The notes beneath the pieces are model-generated. The model did not search any database. It was given only the letters and a program-made list of their open reading frames with translations, and was not told the DNA's origin. This document shows, piece after piece, positions 17,651 through 28,018 of a DNA stretch of 64,000 bases. The DNA comes from an uncultured bacterium (GTDB lineage: Bacteria; JAJVIF01; JAPKYR01): contig CBDURU010000002.1 in assembly GCA_965369865.1 (NCBI GenBank), positions 32,001 through 96,000 on the forward strand, read 5' to 3'. Every line of letters starts with the position of its first letter. Within the stretch, counting starts at the first letter, position 1. The translations under genes were made by a program, and so were the position numbers.

Positions 17651-18658
17651 ATGGCTGGAATGAGCGTACACATAAGGACAGACAAACTCACCAAGATCTA
17701 TCCGAAACCCGGAGGGGGCACACTTGCCGCTGTCGACGAGGTTTCTATGGAGATCAATTCCGGTGAGGTTTTCGCGTACGTCGGACCCAACGGCGCCGGC
17801 AAAACGACCACGATCAAGCTGCTGCTTGGACTCACAAAGCCGACATCGGGGACATTCGAAATTCTCGGTGGAGATATTTCAGAAAGGGAAATCCGGCAGA
17901 GGATCGGATTCCTGCCGGAAGACCATAACTATTTCGCATACCTGACAATCGAAACAGTCCTTGATTTTTATGCGCGCTTGTTTGGATTAATCGGGAGAGA
18001 CCGTAAAAAATCGATCGAAAAGGTCCTCGACCTTGCCGGGCTTGCTGACAGGCGGAAAACGAAAGTGAAGCATCTCTCGAAAGGTCTCCAGCAGCGTGTC
18101 GGACTCGCCCAGGCACTTATCAACGATCCCGATCTTCTGCTTCTCGATGAACCGGCCAGCGGACTCGATCCGCTCGGGCAGGCGGACCTCCGGAAATTAA
18201 TCCTGAGCCTTAAGGAAATGGGCAAGACTATTTTTCTGAACACTCACGACCTTTCCGATGTCGAAAAAATTGCTGACCGGGTTGGGATTCTCGACAATGG
18301 AGAGCTGGTCGCGGTTAACCGGGTCGCGGATATCTGCGGGGCGAAAGAAGGCGTTATTGTCAAGGTTGAGCCGATCCGGGACGAGGAGCATCTCGATCCG
18401 ATACGAGAGGTGGCATCGAAAATCGATACGCGTGATGGGTTTACATTTATTGAACTCGATGATGAAGGGAAGGTCGTGCAGCTCATCCCGTTATTGAAAA
18501 AAGCTCAATCGAAACTGATTTCAGTCGAGCAGCAAAGGGTACATCTTGAGGATTATTTCAAGGGAGCGGTGAAAAGCAGAGGTGATAGCTGGGTAGGCCC
18601 GCTGCCTGATTTAGATAACGATAGGTCCGGGGGGGGAGTAACCGGTCAGATGGAATAG
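17651..18658 (+). CDS. ABC transporter ATP-binding protein (export type)
   Basis: GPNGAGKTT, LSKGLQQR, LLDEP, NTH. Confidence 0.93.
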   Translation: MAGMSVHIRTDKLTKIYPKPGGGTLAAVDEVSMEINSGEVFAYVGPNGAGKTTTIKLLLGLTKPTSGTFEILGGDISEREIRQRIGFLPEDHNYFAYLTIETVLDFYARLFGLIGRDRKKSIEKVLDLAGLADRRKTKVKHLSKGLQQRVGLAQALINDPDLLLLDEPASGLDPLGQADLRKLILSLKEMGKTIFLNTHDLSDVEKIADRVGILDNGELVAVNRVADICGAKEGVIVKVEPIRDEEHLDPIREVASKIDTRDGFTFIELDDEGKVVQLIPLLKKAQSKLISVEQQRVHLEDYFKGAVKSRGDSWVGPLPDLDNDRSGGGVTGQME

Positions 18659-18661
18659 ACG

Positions 18662-19825
18662 ATGGAAAATTTCATAAGAGAAATTCAGGATTTCTGGCGT
18701 TCGAGTATGGCCCCGCACTGGCCCATAATAGTGCCTGCGCTTTTGGCTGTCATGGCAATTCTCTGGTTACTCATCATCTACAACCGCAAAAAATTCCGAT
18801 TCCTCCCTGCCCTTGCGATCGCACGTGTCACGGTTCTTGATTCCATCGGACGCATGGAGGTTATTATCCTGCTGGCGATCGGAATCATGCTGGTCGGAGT
18901 GAACGGGATTATCCCAAACACCCTTGAGGGAAATAATATCCTGAATACATGGATGGATCAGCCGTACTTCCAGGACAAACTTAATGAACTTTCAGGGGGA
19001 TCAAGTTTCACCATTGAAGAAGACTTCCGCCCGTTAAACACACCTGAAGATGATGTTCCGGAAACGGTGGATATCAGTACTGCAGGGGAAGAGCCGGTAA
19101 TAATCGTTGATGATCCCAGGAGAGACATCATGTCAAGGGCAGAGGAACTCAGGCGTGAAACCCAGCAGAACACGCTCCAGGCCCTGATATGGCAGGGAGC
19201 GTTTCTTGTCGCGGACGTCTTTGTGGCGCTTATCGGTTTTGTGCTCGCGATGATGGTGTTACCGGGAGAGATCAACCGGGGTGTGATTTTATCTATTCTC
19301 CCGAAACCACTCTCCCGCGAGGAATATATTTTTGGCAAGGCACTGGGAATATGGATCATAGTGTCCGGGTGCTACCTTATTCTCGCAATTGAACTGTTCG
19401 GCATACGTGCCATATTCGATTTCATAAACGGCACTAACTCGCTTGACTTCAGGATATTAATGGCGTTGTTCCTGTTCCCGATGAAATACGCCACACTGGT
19501 TTTAATTGTCATGGGACTTACATTACGAATGCCCGAGGTTCCAGCAGGGATCGTAGGCGCCGCGCTTTTCGCTACCGGGCACTTCGCCGACCGGATTTAC
19601 GATATCGCGACCACCCCTGACATCAATGCCCTAGTCGGATACGGGCTGAAATTTTCGTACTGGATTCTGCCGCACCTGTCACCGGCAACATTCAGCATCC
19701 TGGACCGCGATGCGTCGCTGATTAGTACACAGGCCGAATTATGGGGCTGGATCTGGCAGATAACGATCTACAACATTCTCCTGCTGAAACTCCTTTCATG
19801 GCTGTTTAAACGCCGCTCATTGTAG
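18662..19825 (+). CDS. ABC-2-type permease
   Basis: Multi-TM; EINRG....ILPKPLSREEYIFGK..G. Confidence 0.8.
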   Translation: MENFIREIQDFWRSSMAPHWPIIVPALLAVMAILWLLIIYNRKKFRFLPALAIARVTVLDSIGRMEVIILLAIGIMLVGVNGIIPNTLEGNNILNTWMDQPYFQDKLNELSGGSSFTIEEDFRPLNTPEDDVPETVDISTAGEEPVIIVDDPRRDIMSRAEELRRETQQNTLQALIWQGAFLVADVFVALIGFVLAMMVLPGEINRGVILSILPKPLSREEYIFGKALGIWIIVSGCYLILAIELFGIRAIFDFINGTNSLDFRILMALFLFPMKYATLVLIVMGLTLRMPEVPAGIVGAALFATGHFADRIYDIATTPDINALVGYGLKFSYWILPHLSPATFSILDRDASLISTQAELWGWIWQITIYNILLLKLLSWLFKRRSL

Positions 19826-19886
19826 GAAATAAAATTTAAATTGAAATCCAACCGCTGGAAGGAGTCGGCATGTATTTATTTTAGTC

Positions 19887-20061
19887 CAGACGCTTTGAAT
19901 TCATGGGGACGCTTTTCCATGCTTCCAGCATTGAAAGTGTCCCCATGAATTCTTAGTAACACGGGACACCTTCAACTCTGGAAGAGTGGAAAGGCGTCCC
20001 TGAATCTAAGATTGGGGCGTCACTGAATATAAGATTGGGGCGTCACTGAATCTAAGATTGG
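19887..20061. repeat. 129-bp composite palindromic element plus 23-bp x3 tandem tail
   Basis: 19887-20015 equals the reverse complement of 34145-34273 with 6 mismatches; GGCGTCMCTGAATMTAAGATTGG at 19993, 20016 and 20039. Confidence 0.9.
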
Positions 20062-20063
20062 TC

Positions 20064-21020
20064 TTATTCCAGTCCGGCGGCGTTTGACATCTCCGGTTTA
20101 TAATATCCCTGGCGCCGTACTTTCGCGAACGCGTTAATTCCGAAATATGAAGTAATCAGGCACGACCAGTAGATGATTAATATCCCGATAGCGGCAGTTG
20201 AAATGTAGATGATAAATTCTTCCCTGAAATTAAGCCCATAACTCCTGAAAACTGACCAAGTCATATATTCATGATACATTGACATCGCTACACCGCTGAT
20301 TATCGCTAAAATAAGTGCGTGCAGGAGAGTGGCCATGATAGCTCCGAAGATATTGTGAGTAATCGCGTATGCCCCTGAAACAAGCGATATCACAAGCATC
20401 ATGAGGACCAGGGCAAGGATCATATAAATCAGAGTAATGATTGTGATGCCGATTATCGGAAGCATCTGCTCGATCTCAAATGTCGGTACCCATAACATGC
20501 CGACAAGCCAAAGAGAAAGGAACAGTGGTAATGCTAATCCGATGAACAGGTAAAGCAATGACTGGATCACCTCTAATCCCCGCACGAAATTTGGGAGTGT
20601 CTCCGCGAAAAATAGGCTACCGTCTGAAAGGGGGGTTGTAAGGATTGAGCTTAGATTATCCTTCCCGATATCCTGCTGGACTTCCCGCGGGGTGGTGACA
20701 AGGCAGAAAATGAACATCCGGAAAAACGTAATGCCGTACAAAATTACCAATGGCGATGCAATAAGTAAGCAGGCTGCGATTGATGCGAGTTCATCATGAT
20801 CGTAAGCGGTTACAATCAGCATAATTACAGAGATGATAGCCGACCAGATCAACCCGGCCCTGAACGCAAGTTTTGGATTTATTAAATTTTTTACCCGACT
20901 GTTACGGTAATTTCTCTGGAATACGGGATTGAACCATAAGCGCTTCAGGAACGGGATTCTGGCGATCCAGAACGGGATGTTTTTAACGGTAGAAAGGCCG
21001 AATTCATTGATCGGATCCAT
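20064..21020 (-). CDS. Multi-pass membrane protein (permease-like), paralogue A
   Basis: WFNPVFQR, ILTTPLSD, NAAGL shared with the neighbouring gene. Confidence 0.7.
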   Translation of the reverse strand: MDPINEFGLSTVKNIPFWIARIPFLKRLWFNPVFQRNYRNSRVKNLINPKLAFRAGLIWSAIISVIMLIVTAYDHDELASIAACLLIASPLVILYGITFFRMFIFCLVTTPREVQQDIGKDNLSSILTTPLSDGSLFFAETLPNFVRGLEVIQSLLYLFIGLALPLFLSLWLVGMLWVPTFEIEQMLPIIGITIITLIYMILALVLMMLVISLVSGAYAITHNIFGAIMATLLHALILAIISGVAMSMYHEYMTWSVFRSYGLNFREEFIIYISTAAIGILIIYWSCLITSYFGINAFAKVRRQGYYKPEMSNAAGLE

Positions 21021-21110
21021 GTTATCAAGTCCGACAGCAATAAACGTAAGCTATCATAATTAGGATTCAACGTGTGATTTACGGGTTCATACAGCAATCA
21101 TCCAAATTTT

Positions 21111-22076
21111 TCAAACGCTTTTTCCAAACGATGACCTGGTTCTCTCTTCCCTCGACAACAATCCTGCCGCGTTGACTCGCTCGTGACCATACCAGCCCGG
21201 ACGCCTGGCTTTCGCGAATGCAATCACGCCAATGTAGCCTGTTACCGCGCACGCGACGGTAAGCGATGCTATTAAGAATGTCCCGATGCCGAGGTAGATC
21301 GCAAGGATATCCAGGTTCCTGACCGGATCGAATCGCATCGTGAATTCCGCAATCCACAACGCAATCAGTGAGAAAGCACTGAACCATAAACCGGTATTGA
21401 TCAGCGTCGCGGGCACTGTGGCAACTACAGGTAACTGTATCGCCATAAGTCCCGCAGAAAGAGAGGCAAGCAGGAGTACCTGGATCAGAATGATGATTGC
21501 AATCAACAGGAGCACAAACCACCAGAATGACGCGGGCCCTTCCGCTTTTACATACGGCCACAACTGAGTGCTCATAAGGGCGATAAATGGAATCACCAGC
21601 CCGATGAGCATTGAGATAACCTCTTCCATCGCGCCGAATCCCCGCATCAGCCCGGATATACATTCCGCGAAAAAGACTTTTTCATCGGACATCGGGGTGG
21701 TAAGTACCGCGCCAAGCATCCCGGAAAAAAGTTCCCTGCGCATTTCGAGGGGAGTACCGACAAGAGACGATATGAAGATCCTGATCGAAGTGACCGTGAT
21801 GATTACGATCCCCGGGGCAGCTACGGTAACCCAAAATCCAATTTCAAGAGCGAGTTCTTTTTCGGTGACGAGGAGTAAGAAAAGATTAATGATGAATGAG
21901 ACGCCAAGTCCGATCATGAAGGATTTTTTTGGCCCGAACATGGGCTTCAATCGCCACATGACATAGCGTCGCTGGAAGATCGGATTTCCCCAGAACTCCA
22001 GGAGCGGTCCGAACACCTCAACCCATGGAGGGGGTGGATCGGCCCAGGTGAGATCGAATTCATCGTCGTGGATCAT
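21111..22076 (-). CDS. Multi-pass membrane protein (permease-like), paralogue B
   Basis: WGNPIFQR, VLTTPMSD, NAAGL. Confidence 0.7.
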   Translation of the reverse strand: MIHDDEFDLTWADPPPPWVEVFGPLLEFWGNPIFQRRYVMWRLKPMFGPKKSFMIGLGVSFIINLFLLLVTEKELALEIGFWVTVAAPGIVIITVTSIRIFISSLVGTPLEMRRELFSGMLGAVLTTPMSDEKVFFAECISGLMRGFGAMEEVISMLIGLVIPFIALMSTQLWPYVKAEGPASFWWFVLLLIAIIILIQVLLLASLSAGLMAIQLPVVATVPATLINTGLWFSAFSLIALWIAEFTMRFDPVRNLDILAIYLGIGTFLIASLTVACAVTGYIGVIAFAKARRPGWYGHERVNAAGLLSREERTRSSFGKSV

Positions 22077-22111
22077 AGCGGTTGTTTATTTTCCCTGCAC
22101 ATTATAAGGAA

Positions 22112-24844
22112 TCAGGGAACAGGATGCTGATATTCTTCCAACATCAATACTATTTCATCGTAACCCGATTCCACCGCAATCGTGTATGCCGTCTCCCCAT
22201 CATCATTTGCTGATTCAGGGTCGCAACCGGCATCAAGAAGCAATTCAACAACCCTTACCGGATTTCGATTATCGACTTCTTCCATGTCGCCTGAGTATTC
22301 TCTTGGGTAGTAAAATTCCGCAAGGAAATCTTCGTATCTCATGACTGCGCACATAAGGGCAGTATCCCCATAGTCACTTGTTTTCGATACATCAGCACCA
22401 CTCTCTATTAGTAACTTCACAATTTCCGGATTCCCAATCCCCGATGCAAACATCAGGGGAGTGTGGCTGTTGATATAATACGTTTCAAGGTTGGCTCCGG
22501 CAATAACGAGCGTCCTCACCAAATTTAAGTTATTTCCCCTGACAGCGAACATCAATGCGGACCAGTATCCACGGTTTCTATAACCGGGCTTATCGGGAAG
22601 AGAGTAGCCGGTTTCCCTTTCGAAGCTCGGGTCGGCGCCTGCTTCCAGCAGAATATTGACAATCTCCACATAACCGCCGTTCGCAGCACGCAAAACCGGT
22701 GTGTCGCCGTATTGTGAAATAATCATGTTTGGATCGGCACCATTCTCTAGTAGATCGGTTACTTTTCCACTATCACCCCTATGAATAGCACTGTTGAGAA
22801 GAATATAAGCCATTTCATCGTCAATCAGCATATCGTGGGATTGCAGGAGTTCAATGATTTCTGAATTACCTCTGCCTGCTGCGATCATATAGGTTGAACC
22901 GCCGACATTCGGATCGGCACCATGTTCGAGCAGTGACCTGACCAGTTCCACATTGGTGTTTTCAATTGCATACCAGAGTGCTGTCGGACCCTCCAGCATG
23001 GACGCTTCATCGTACATGGTGGCTTTTGTGTCGGTTTCACAGCCCGCTTCCTGCAGGAGTTCCGCAACTTCATTCTGCTGCCCGAAACCCTTGTCGCTGC
23101 ATTCAATCATCTGGGCCATCTGTCCGTAATTTCCGTGAGTGAAAATATCTCTGAATTCATGGAATCTGACCGCCGTTAAAATCAGGGCTGTGTAACCTGT
23201 CTCTCCCTGAAATGATATATCTGCACCTCCATTAATTAACACCCTGGCAGTATCAACCTTACCAAGTCCGGCAGCCATCATCAGAGCAGTAAGCCCGTTC
23301 GGATCCTGGAAATCCGGATCGGCTCCGGCGTTCAGGAGGTCGGTAACCAGTTTAGCGGTCCCGATTCTTGATGCGAGCATCAATGGTGTATCTGTTGAAG
23401 CGCCCCGGACATTCGGGTCAACTTCTGCATCCAGGAGCACTCTCACAATTTCTTCTTCCGGGGATAAATCGTCTGATTGACTGGGACTCGGGAGAAAACC
23501 ATGAATAATCGCTGCCAGGAGTGGAGTATACGGCCAGATTTCGGATTCCGAACCGGGATCTGCGCCAAGCTCCAAGAGCCTGTCCATCATCACAGGCTGG
23601 CGAGTGTTGATCGATACCATCAGGCACTGTTCAAGCCATGGGTCATCTGTGTTTATACCATACTCGATCAACAATTCCATCATAACAATATTGCCTGAAT
23701 AAACCGTTGAAACGACAGGATGATACAAATCACCGCCTTCATGAAACTCGAAATCTATCTCGCCGCCTGCTTCTAATAGTAATTCAAGAATTTCATGGTA
23801 ATGTCTACCGGTATGTGAATCGGAAATCCTTAAATCCTCCTGGGGAGAATTTCCGTACCGAATCGCTTCACAGATTCTGTTGTCATATTCGATGCATCGA
23901 CGGAACACAGAATTGCCGTTGTTAGGGTTTGCACCTCTTTCAAGCAGAAGCTCTACAATATCGACGCGCTGGTTATAAACAGCCCAATAGAGAAGCGATG
24001 ATTCTCCATCATAAAGGAAATCGATTTCCGAACCGGCTTCAAGGAGAATTTTTATGGCATCCAACTGTGCTTCAAAATCAGAGTCACCTTCATAAGCATT
24101 ACCCAACAGAATAGCCATCGAGTCGACATCTTCACGATTGGAGTAAAAAAATGGCCTGGATTCAGGCATATCCAGCCTTCCGGCTCCTGTGCATAAATAA
24201 TATAAAGACTGCCTACCTTTGAAATCCCTGTGTTCCGGATCGTCAATTGCGGACATTAACCGATCCACCACATCTGAATGGCCATTGAGAGCTGCAATCA
24301 TCATCGCCGATAGGTAGTAATCATTAAATCCGGACGGATCAGCACCAAACTCGAGGAGGTTATCAAGCATATGAAGATCACCGGTCTCGCTGGCAATCTG
24401 CACCGGGGTTACACTGTTAATTCCTTCTGTATCCGGGTCAGCGCCAGCGGTCAGCAGAACCAGTGCGATTTCATCGTACCCATGTGATACAGCTTCGGAA
24501 ATTGCGGGAAAATCATATCCATTGGGAATGAAATCGGGATTGGCTCTCTGATCCAGAAGCGATTGCACCCGATTCAGATCATTATCGATGACAGCGTCAA
24601 TCAATTGATTAGTTAGGGACCGGTCGAATGGGCCCGAATCTTCGATAAAAATACCGGTTGGTTCAACGCCTTGATTGCCCGGGCCACCGCTTAATTTATG
24701 GGGATAATCAGATTGCTGGTCTGCAGCGTGAATTTCATCTTCGTAACCTGTTGCACAGCCGATGCTATTTAACAAAGCGACAATTACCAGGAATAACAAT
24801 GTAATTAAGATGAAATTTCTCGCGCATTTCCACTTTATGCACAT
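22112..24844 (-). CDS. Large ankyrin-repeat lipoprotein
   Basis: Signal with SIGC lipobox; many TPL..A...G...V.LL..GAD repeats. Confidence 0.9.
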   Translation of the reverse strand: MCIKWKCARNFILITLLFLVIVALLNSIGCATGYEDEIHAADQQSDYPHKLSGGPGNQGVEPTGIFIEDSGPFDRSLTNQLIDAVIDNDLNRVQSLLDQRANPDFIPNGYDFPAISEAVSHGYDEIALVLLTAGADPDTEGINSVTPVQIASETGDLHMLDNLLEFGADPSGFNDYYLSAMMIAALNGHSDVVDRLMSAIDDPEHRDFKGRQSLYYLCTGAGRLDMPESRPFFYSNREDVDSMAILLGNAYEGDSDFEAQLDAIKILLEAGSEIDFLYDGESSLLYWAVYNQRVDIVELLLERGANPNNGNSVFRRCIEYDNRICEAIRYGNSPQEDLRISDSHTGRHYHEILELLLEAGGEIDFEFHEGGDLYHPVVSTVYSGNIVMMELLIEYGINTDDPWLEQCLMVSINTRQPVMMDRLLELGADPGSESEIWPYTPLLAAIIHGFLPSPSQSDDLSPEEEIVRVLLDAEVDPNVRGASTDTPLMLASRIGTAKLVTDLLNAGADPDFQDPNGLTALMMAAGLGKVDTARVLINGGADISFQGETGYTALILTAVRFHEFRDIFTHGNYGQMAQMIECSDKGFGQQNEVAELLQEAGCETDTKATMYDEASMLEGPTALWYAIENTNVELVRSLLEHGADPNVGGSTYMIAAGRGNSEIIELLQSHDMLIDDEMAYILLNSAIHRGDSGKVTDLLENGADPNMIISQYGDTPVLRAANGGYVEIVNILLEAGADPSFERETGYSLPDKPGYRNRGYWSALMFAVRGNNLNLVRTLVIAGANLETYYINSHTPLMFASGIGNPEIVKLLIESGADVSKTSDYGDTALMCAVMRYEDFLAEFYYPREYSGDMEEVDNRNPVRVVELLLDAGCDPESANDDGETAYTIAVESGYDEIVLMLEEYQHPVP

Positions 24845-25048
24845 TGTCTACTCCCTGTTGAAATTGATTAGAATAATTATACACGAGATTTGAGTATGGA
24901 AAATTTAGTAAGAGTTCATATACCATCAAGTTTAAAATTCCAGGTCCTTTTTATACCTCTGAAAAGAGAGTATAATATGTAAGGTTACGAATGGGAACGT
25001 AACCGATTAGTAATTTGCATACCGTTTTTTCAGAAACGGAGTTCTGAA

Positions 25049-25384
25049 ATGGGATTACGTGGAATAGATGTTCAGGTAACAATCCAGCGGGCTGCCGATG
25101 CGGATAAAATGCAGCAGGCCGAAATCGCCAATGCCCGTGCAGGGGAGGCGAGTACAAGGGAGGAGGCTGAACTCGCGAGGGCACGCAGGCAGGAACAACC
25201 AAGGCAACCGGAGAAAACTGATACGGTAGTTATCCAGAAGCGTAAGGAGCACGAGAAGAACGAAGGGGAAGGTGAAGAGGAACAGGAGGCTGTCGAGGAG
25301 CTCGGCCTTGAGGAAGAGTCGGATCCGATCAAGGATTACTTGCGCAAACCACAGGTGAAGGGGAACCTTGATATTAAGGCGTAG
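25049..25384 (+). CDS. Small charged hypothetical protein, possibly flagellar-associated
   Basis: GGAG RBS; MGLRGIDVQ...KGNLDIKA; convergent with flhB. Confidence 0.6.
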   Translation: MGLRGIDVQVTIQRAADADKMQQAEIANARAGEASTREEAELARARRQEQPRQPEKTDTVVIQKRKEHEKNEGEGEEEQEAVEELGLEEESDPIKDYLRKPQVKGNLDIKA

Positions 25385-25465
25385 GATTTACCAAGATGTA
25401 ACTGATGAGGGTGATTTTACAAGTGCCGGAATCGCATGCCGTGGATGTGCCGATTATAAATGCAT

Positions 25466-26548
25466 CTAGGATGCCGCGGCCATACGGGATCGCTGCCTGC
25501 GATATTTTTTCTTCGTTTTGTAGATAAAGGCAAGAACTTCCGCAATGGCAATATAGAATTCGTACGGGATCATGTCGCCAATTTCGACCATTTTGTAGAG
25601 GGAGCGCGCGAGAGGGGGATCGCGATGGATGTGAATGTCGAACTCTCTCGCGATGTCGATAATTCTCTGTGCGATCGCGCCTTTGCCTTTAGCCACCACC
25701 TGCGGAGCGGGCATGTCTGGTTCATATTTAAGCGCGACAGCAACGTGTATCGGATTGGTGACCACTACATCAGCCTTGGGGACTTCCCTTAGCATCGCCG
25801 TCATTGCGATCTGTCTCTGGCGTTGACGCATACGGCTTTTAACGAGCGGATCTCCCTCCATCTGCTTGTATTCTTCCTTCGCCTCGGTTTTTGTCAACAT
25901 CAAATCTTTCTCGAACTGGTAAATCTGGTAGATAAGGTCAAGAATTGCAAGGATCAGCATTACACCGATGATCCAGAGTCCGAGCCTTAACGCATGCTGT
26001 CCGAAAAAGGGGAGATAAGCGGTTGGTTCGAGAGTGTGAGCCTGGATAATTACAGGGAGGTTCGCACGGATGTATGCCGTGGTTACAAGCGCCACGAGTC
26101 CGATCTTGAATACTGCCTTCAGGAGTTCCACGAATCCGCGAGTGGAGAACATCCGCTTCAAGCCGTTCATTGGATTAATGTTGCTTAGTTTAGGCCTGAT
26201 AGGTTCAATGCTGATGTTCCCACGGGTCTGTAGGAGATTTACTAAAATCGCGATTAAGGATGTTGCCGCAAAAATGGGCCATAAGATCACCAGGATTTTT
26301 GTGATGACGTAACTTGTCAATAACCTCATGCCTTCCTGGCTGACCGAAGGCCATGAAAGGTTGCCGTATACATCCCTGAACAATCCCATTGTAATATTGC
26401 CCCACATGTTCATGACAAGGGCAAGCGTCAGAAAAGCGATAAGAAGGACAATGGTGCCCGAAAGTTCCCGGCTCTTGGCGACCTGCCCACGCTCTCGCGC
26501 GCGTTCACGGCTTCTGGGTGTTGCCTGTTCTGTTTTTTCCTCGTCCAT
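25466..26548 (-). CDS. flhB: Flagellar export protein FlhB
   Basis: EKTEQATP..RERGQVAKSRE, 4 TM, EYKQMEGDP, VVTNPIHVAVAL, APQVVAKG. Confidence 0.93.
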   Translation of the reverse strand: MDEEKTEQATPRSRERARERGQVAKSRELSGTIVLLIAFLTLALVMNMWGNITMGLFRDVYGNLSWPSVSQEGMRLLTSYVITKILVILWPIFAATSLIAILVNLLQTRGNISIEPIRPKLSNINPMNGLKRMFSTRGFVELLKAVFKIGLVALVTTAYIRANLPVIIQAHTLEPTAYLPFFGQHALRLGLWIIGVMLILAILDLIYQIYQFEKDLMLTKTEAKEEYKQMEGDPLVKSRMRQRQRQIAMTAMLREVPKADVVVTNPIHVAVALKYEPDMPAPQVVAKGKGAIAQRIIDIAREFDIHIHRDPPLARSLYKMVEIGDMIPYEFYIAIAEVLAFIYKTKKKYRRQRSRMAAAS

Positions 26549-26629
26549 TTAAATTGGGCGGACAGCAAAATTTACCGTTCCCTGGGAAACGGTATAATTA
26601 GTATCCGATTAATATTAATTGGATTACCT

Positions 26630-27040
26630 TCAGACGTCCTGCCAGTCGTCCTCTAATTCATTTAGATCCTGCCGGATATCGATGAATTTATCGAACCTGC
26701 AGATTCGGAGAATGTCCAATATCTCTCCACGAGGTGCAAGGATGGAAAAGGAAATGCCATCATTTTCATCAACGTATTTGTAGATTCGGACAAGGTTCTG
26801 GAGGCCGACCGTGTCGGCATATTCAAGCTTGCGGAAATCGAGTACGAGATTTTTAATTCCCGATTCGTAAAGCCTGATAGCCTCTTCAAATAATGATTCT
26901 GCCAGAGTTTGTCTTAGTTCGCCAATCAGGGAGAGCATGCATTTCTCACTGGCGAAAGCCCTCTTGAACATCAAGTTTTGACTATCGCTCTTTACCTGAG
27001 CGACGCTGCCCTTGATATAATTCTTAAAGTGGTCACCCAT
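26630..27040 (-). CDS. STAS domain anti-sigma antagonist-like protein
   Basis: LVLDFRKLEYADTVGL, ILRICRFDKFI. Confidence 0.8.
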   Translation of the reverse strand: MGDHFKNYIKGSVAQVKSDSQNLMFKRAFASEKCMLSLIGELRQTLAESLFEEAIRLYESGIKNLVLDFRKLEYADTVGLQNLVRIYKYVDENDGISFSILAPRGEILDILRICRFDKFIDIRQDLNELEDDWQDV

Positions 27041-27348
27041 TTGCCTTATCCTTCCATCTTTTACCGCGAAATTTCCTGTTGGGAGAGGGAAGAACGGAAA
27101 TTAACGCAGCATTTACGCTCACAATATTATCATTATGATTGGATGGATTGTTCTTTAAGTAAGTATATACAAAATAATTTTTTGCATGCAAAATTCAGCT
27201 GAAGATTTAGTTCATATCCAGAGTTTCCAGGGTCGCTTTAAGCCATACAGGCCGATCTAAGCCTTTATTTGTACTTTTAGATGTCACCGGTCGACCGGAT
27301 ATGGGTTATAATATTAATGTGAATTTAAATCTTAACAGGAGGGTTACC

Positions 27349-27936
27349 TTGAGCACGTGCGATTATGGTTCAAAAATCCTTCTTGCATTGATTGCATTTC
27401 TTGCACTATCAATATCACTTTACGCGGGTGGGAACAGTCCTGATAATTCCGGTACTCGGTTCATCATGGTCATGGATGTCCCCAGCCAGGATACTGTAGA
27501 GTTCGACGGCATGGTCCTCAGGGACAACTGCAAGCTTGAAGGACTTGTGGGCAGGATCGAAAGCGTTATTCTTTTAACCGGCGGCGACCTGTTCGTACTC
27601 ACGCCTGCGATTAAAACCGCCCGGGAGATCGATAATCCCGGTATCCCCGGAAACGACTCAACAACATGGTCTGAATGGCTGATAGAGCCGGGCAGGATAA
27701 ATCCACTGAAATTTGGTGAATCCCTTGGTGTTTCAGACGAAGGCAATGAATCTTTACAGGTCGGGTCGAGTGGACAGATTGATCTTAATTTCGAAAATGG
27801 AATCCTGATATCCGTAAGGTTCCAAAATCCGGACGGTGAAGGTGAGGTTATATACACCTACCGGGATTTTGAATCCGACAGCGATATCAAACACAGAGAT
27901 TTCGAAATCCCTGATGATTACCTGATGACTGAATGA
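27349..27936 (+). CDS. Secreted hypothetical protein (possibly LolA-like fold)
   Basis: GGAGG before TTG at 27349; signal peptide; C-terminal 'DFEIPDDY'. Confidence 0.6.
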   Translation: MSTCDYGSKILLALIAFLALSISLYAGGNSPDNSGTRFIMVMDVPSQDTVEFDGMVLRDNCKLEGLVGRIESVILLTGGDLFVLTPAIKTAREIDNPGIPGNDSTTWSEWLIEPGRINPLKFGESLGVSDEGNESLQVGSSGQIDLNFENGILISVRFQNPDGEGEVIYTYRDFESDSDIKHRDFEIPDDYLMTE

Positions 27937-27950
27937 AGTAAAAACAAGGA

Positions 27951-27971
27951 TCCCGGGTAAGCTACCCGGGA
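27951..27971. terminator. Hairpin between convergent genes
   Basis: tcccgggta-agc-tacccggga. Confidence 0.6.
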
Positions 27972-28018
27972 CCTTTCGACATAACGCCGATTTGATTTGA
28001 TGCTAAGCCAGCAGTTCA

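Noticed and set aside
17591..19874. AGTCGGCATGTA on both sides of the ABC operon as a target duplication
   Set aside because: Only 12 bp with no other mobility signal; may be chance.
24980..25009. Sigma-28 promoter
   Set aside because: Spacing between TAAG and ACCGATTA is 3 nt longer than consensus.
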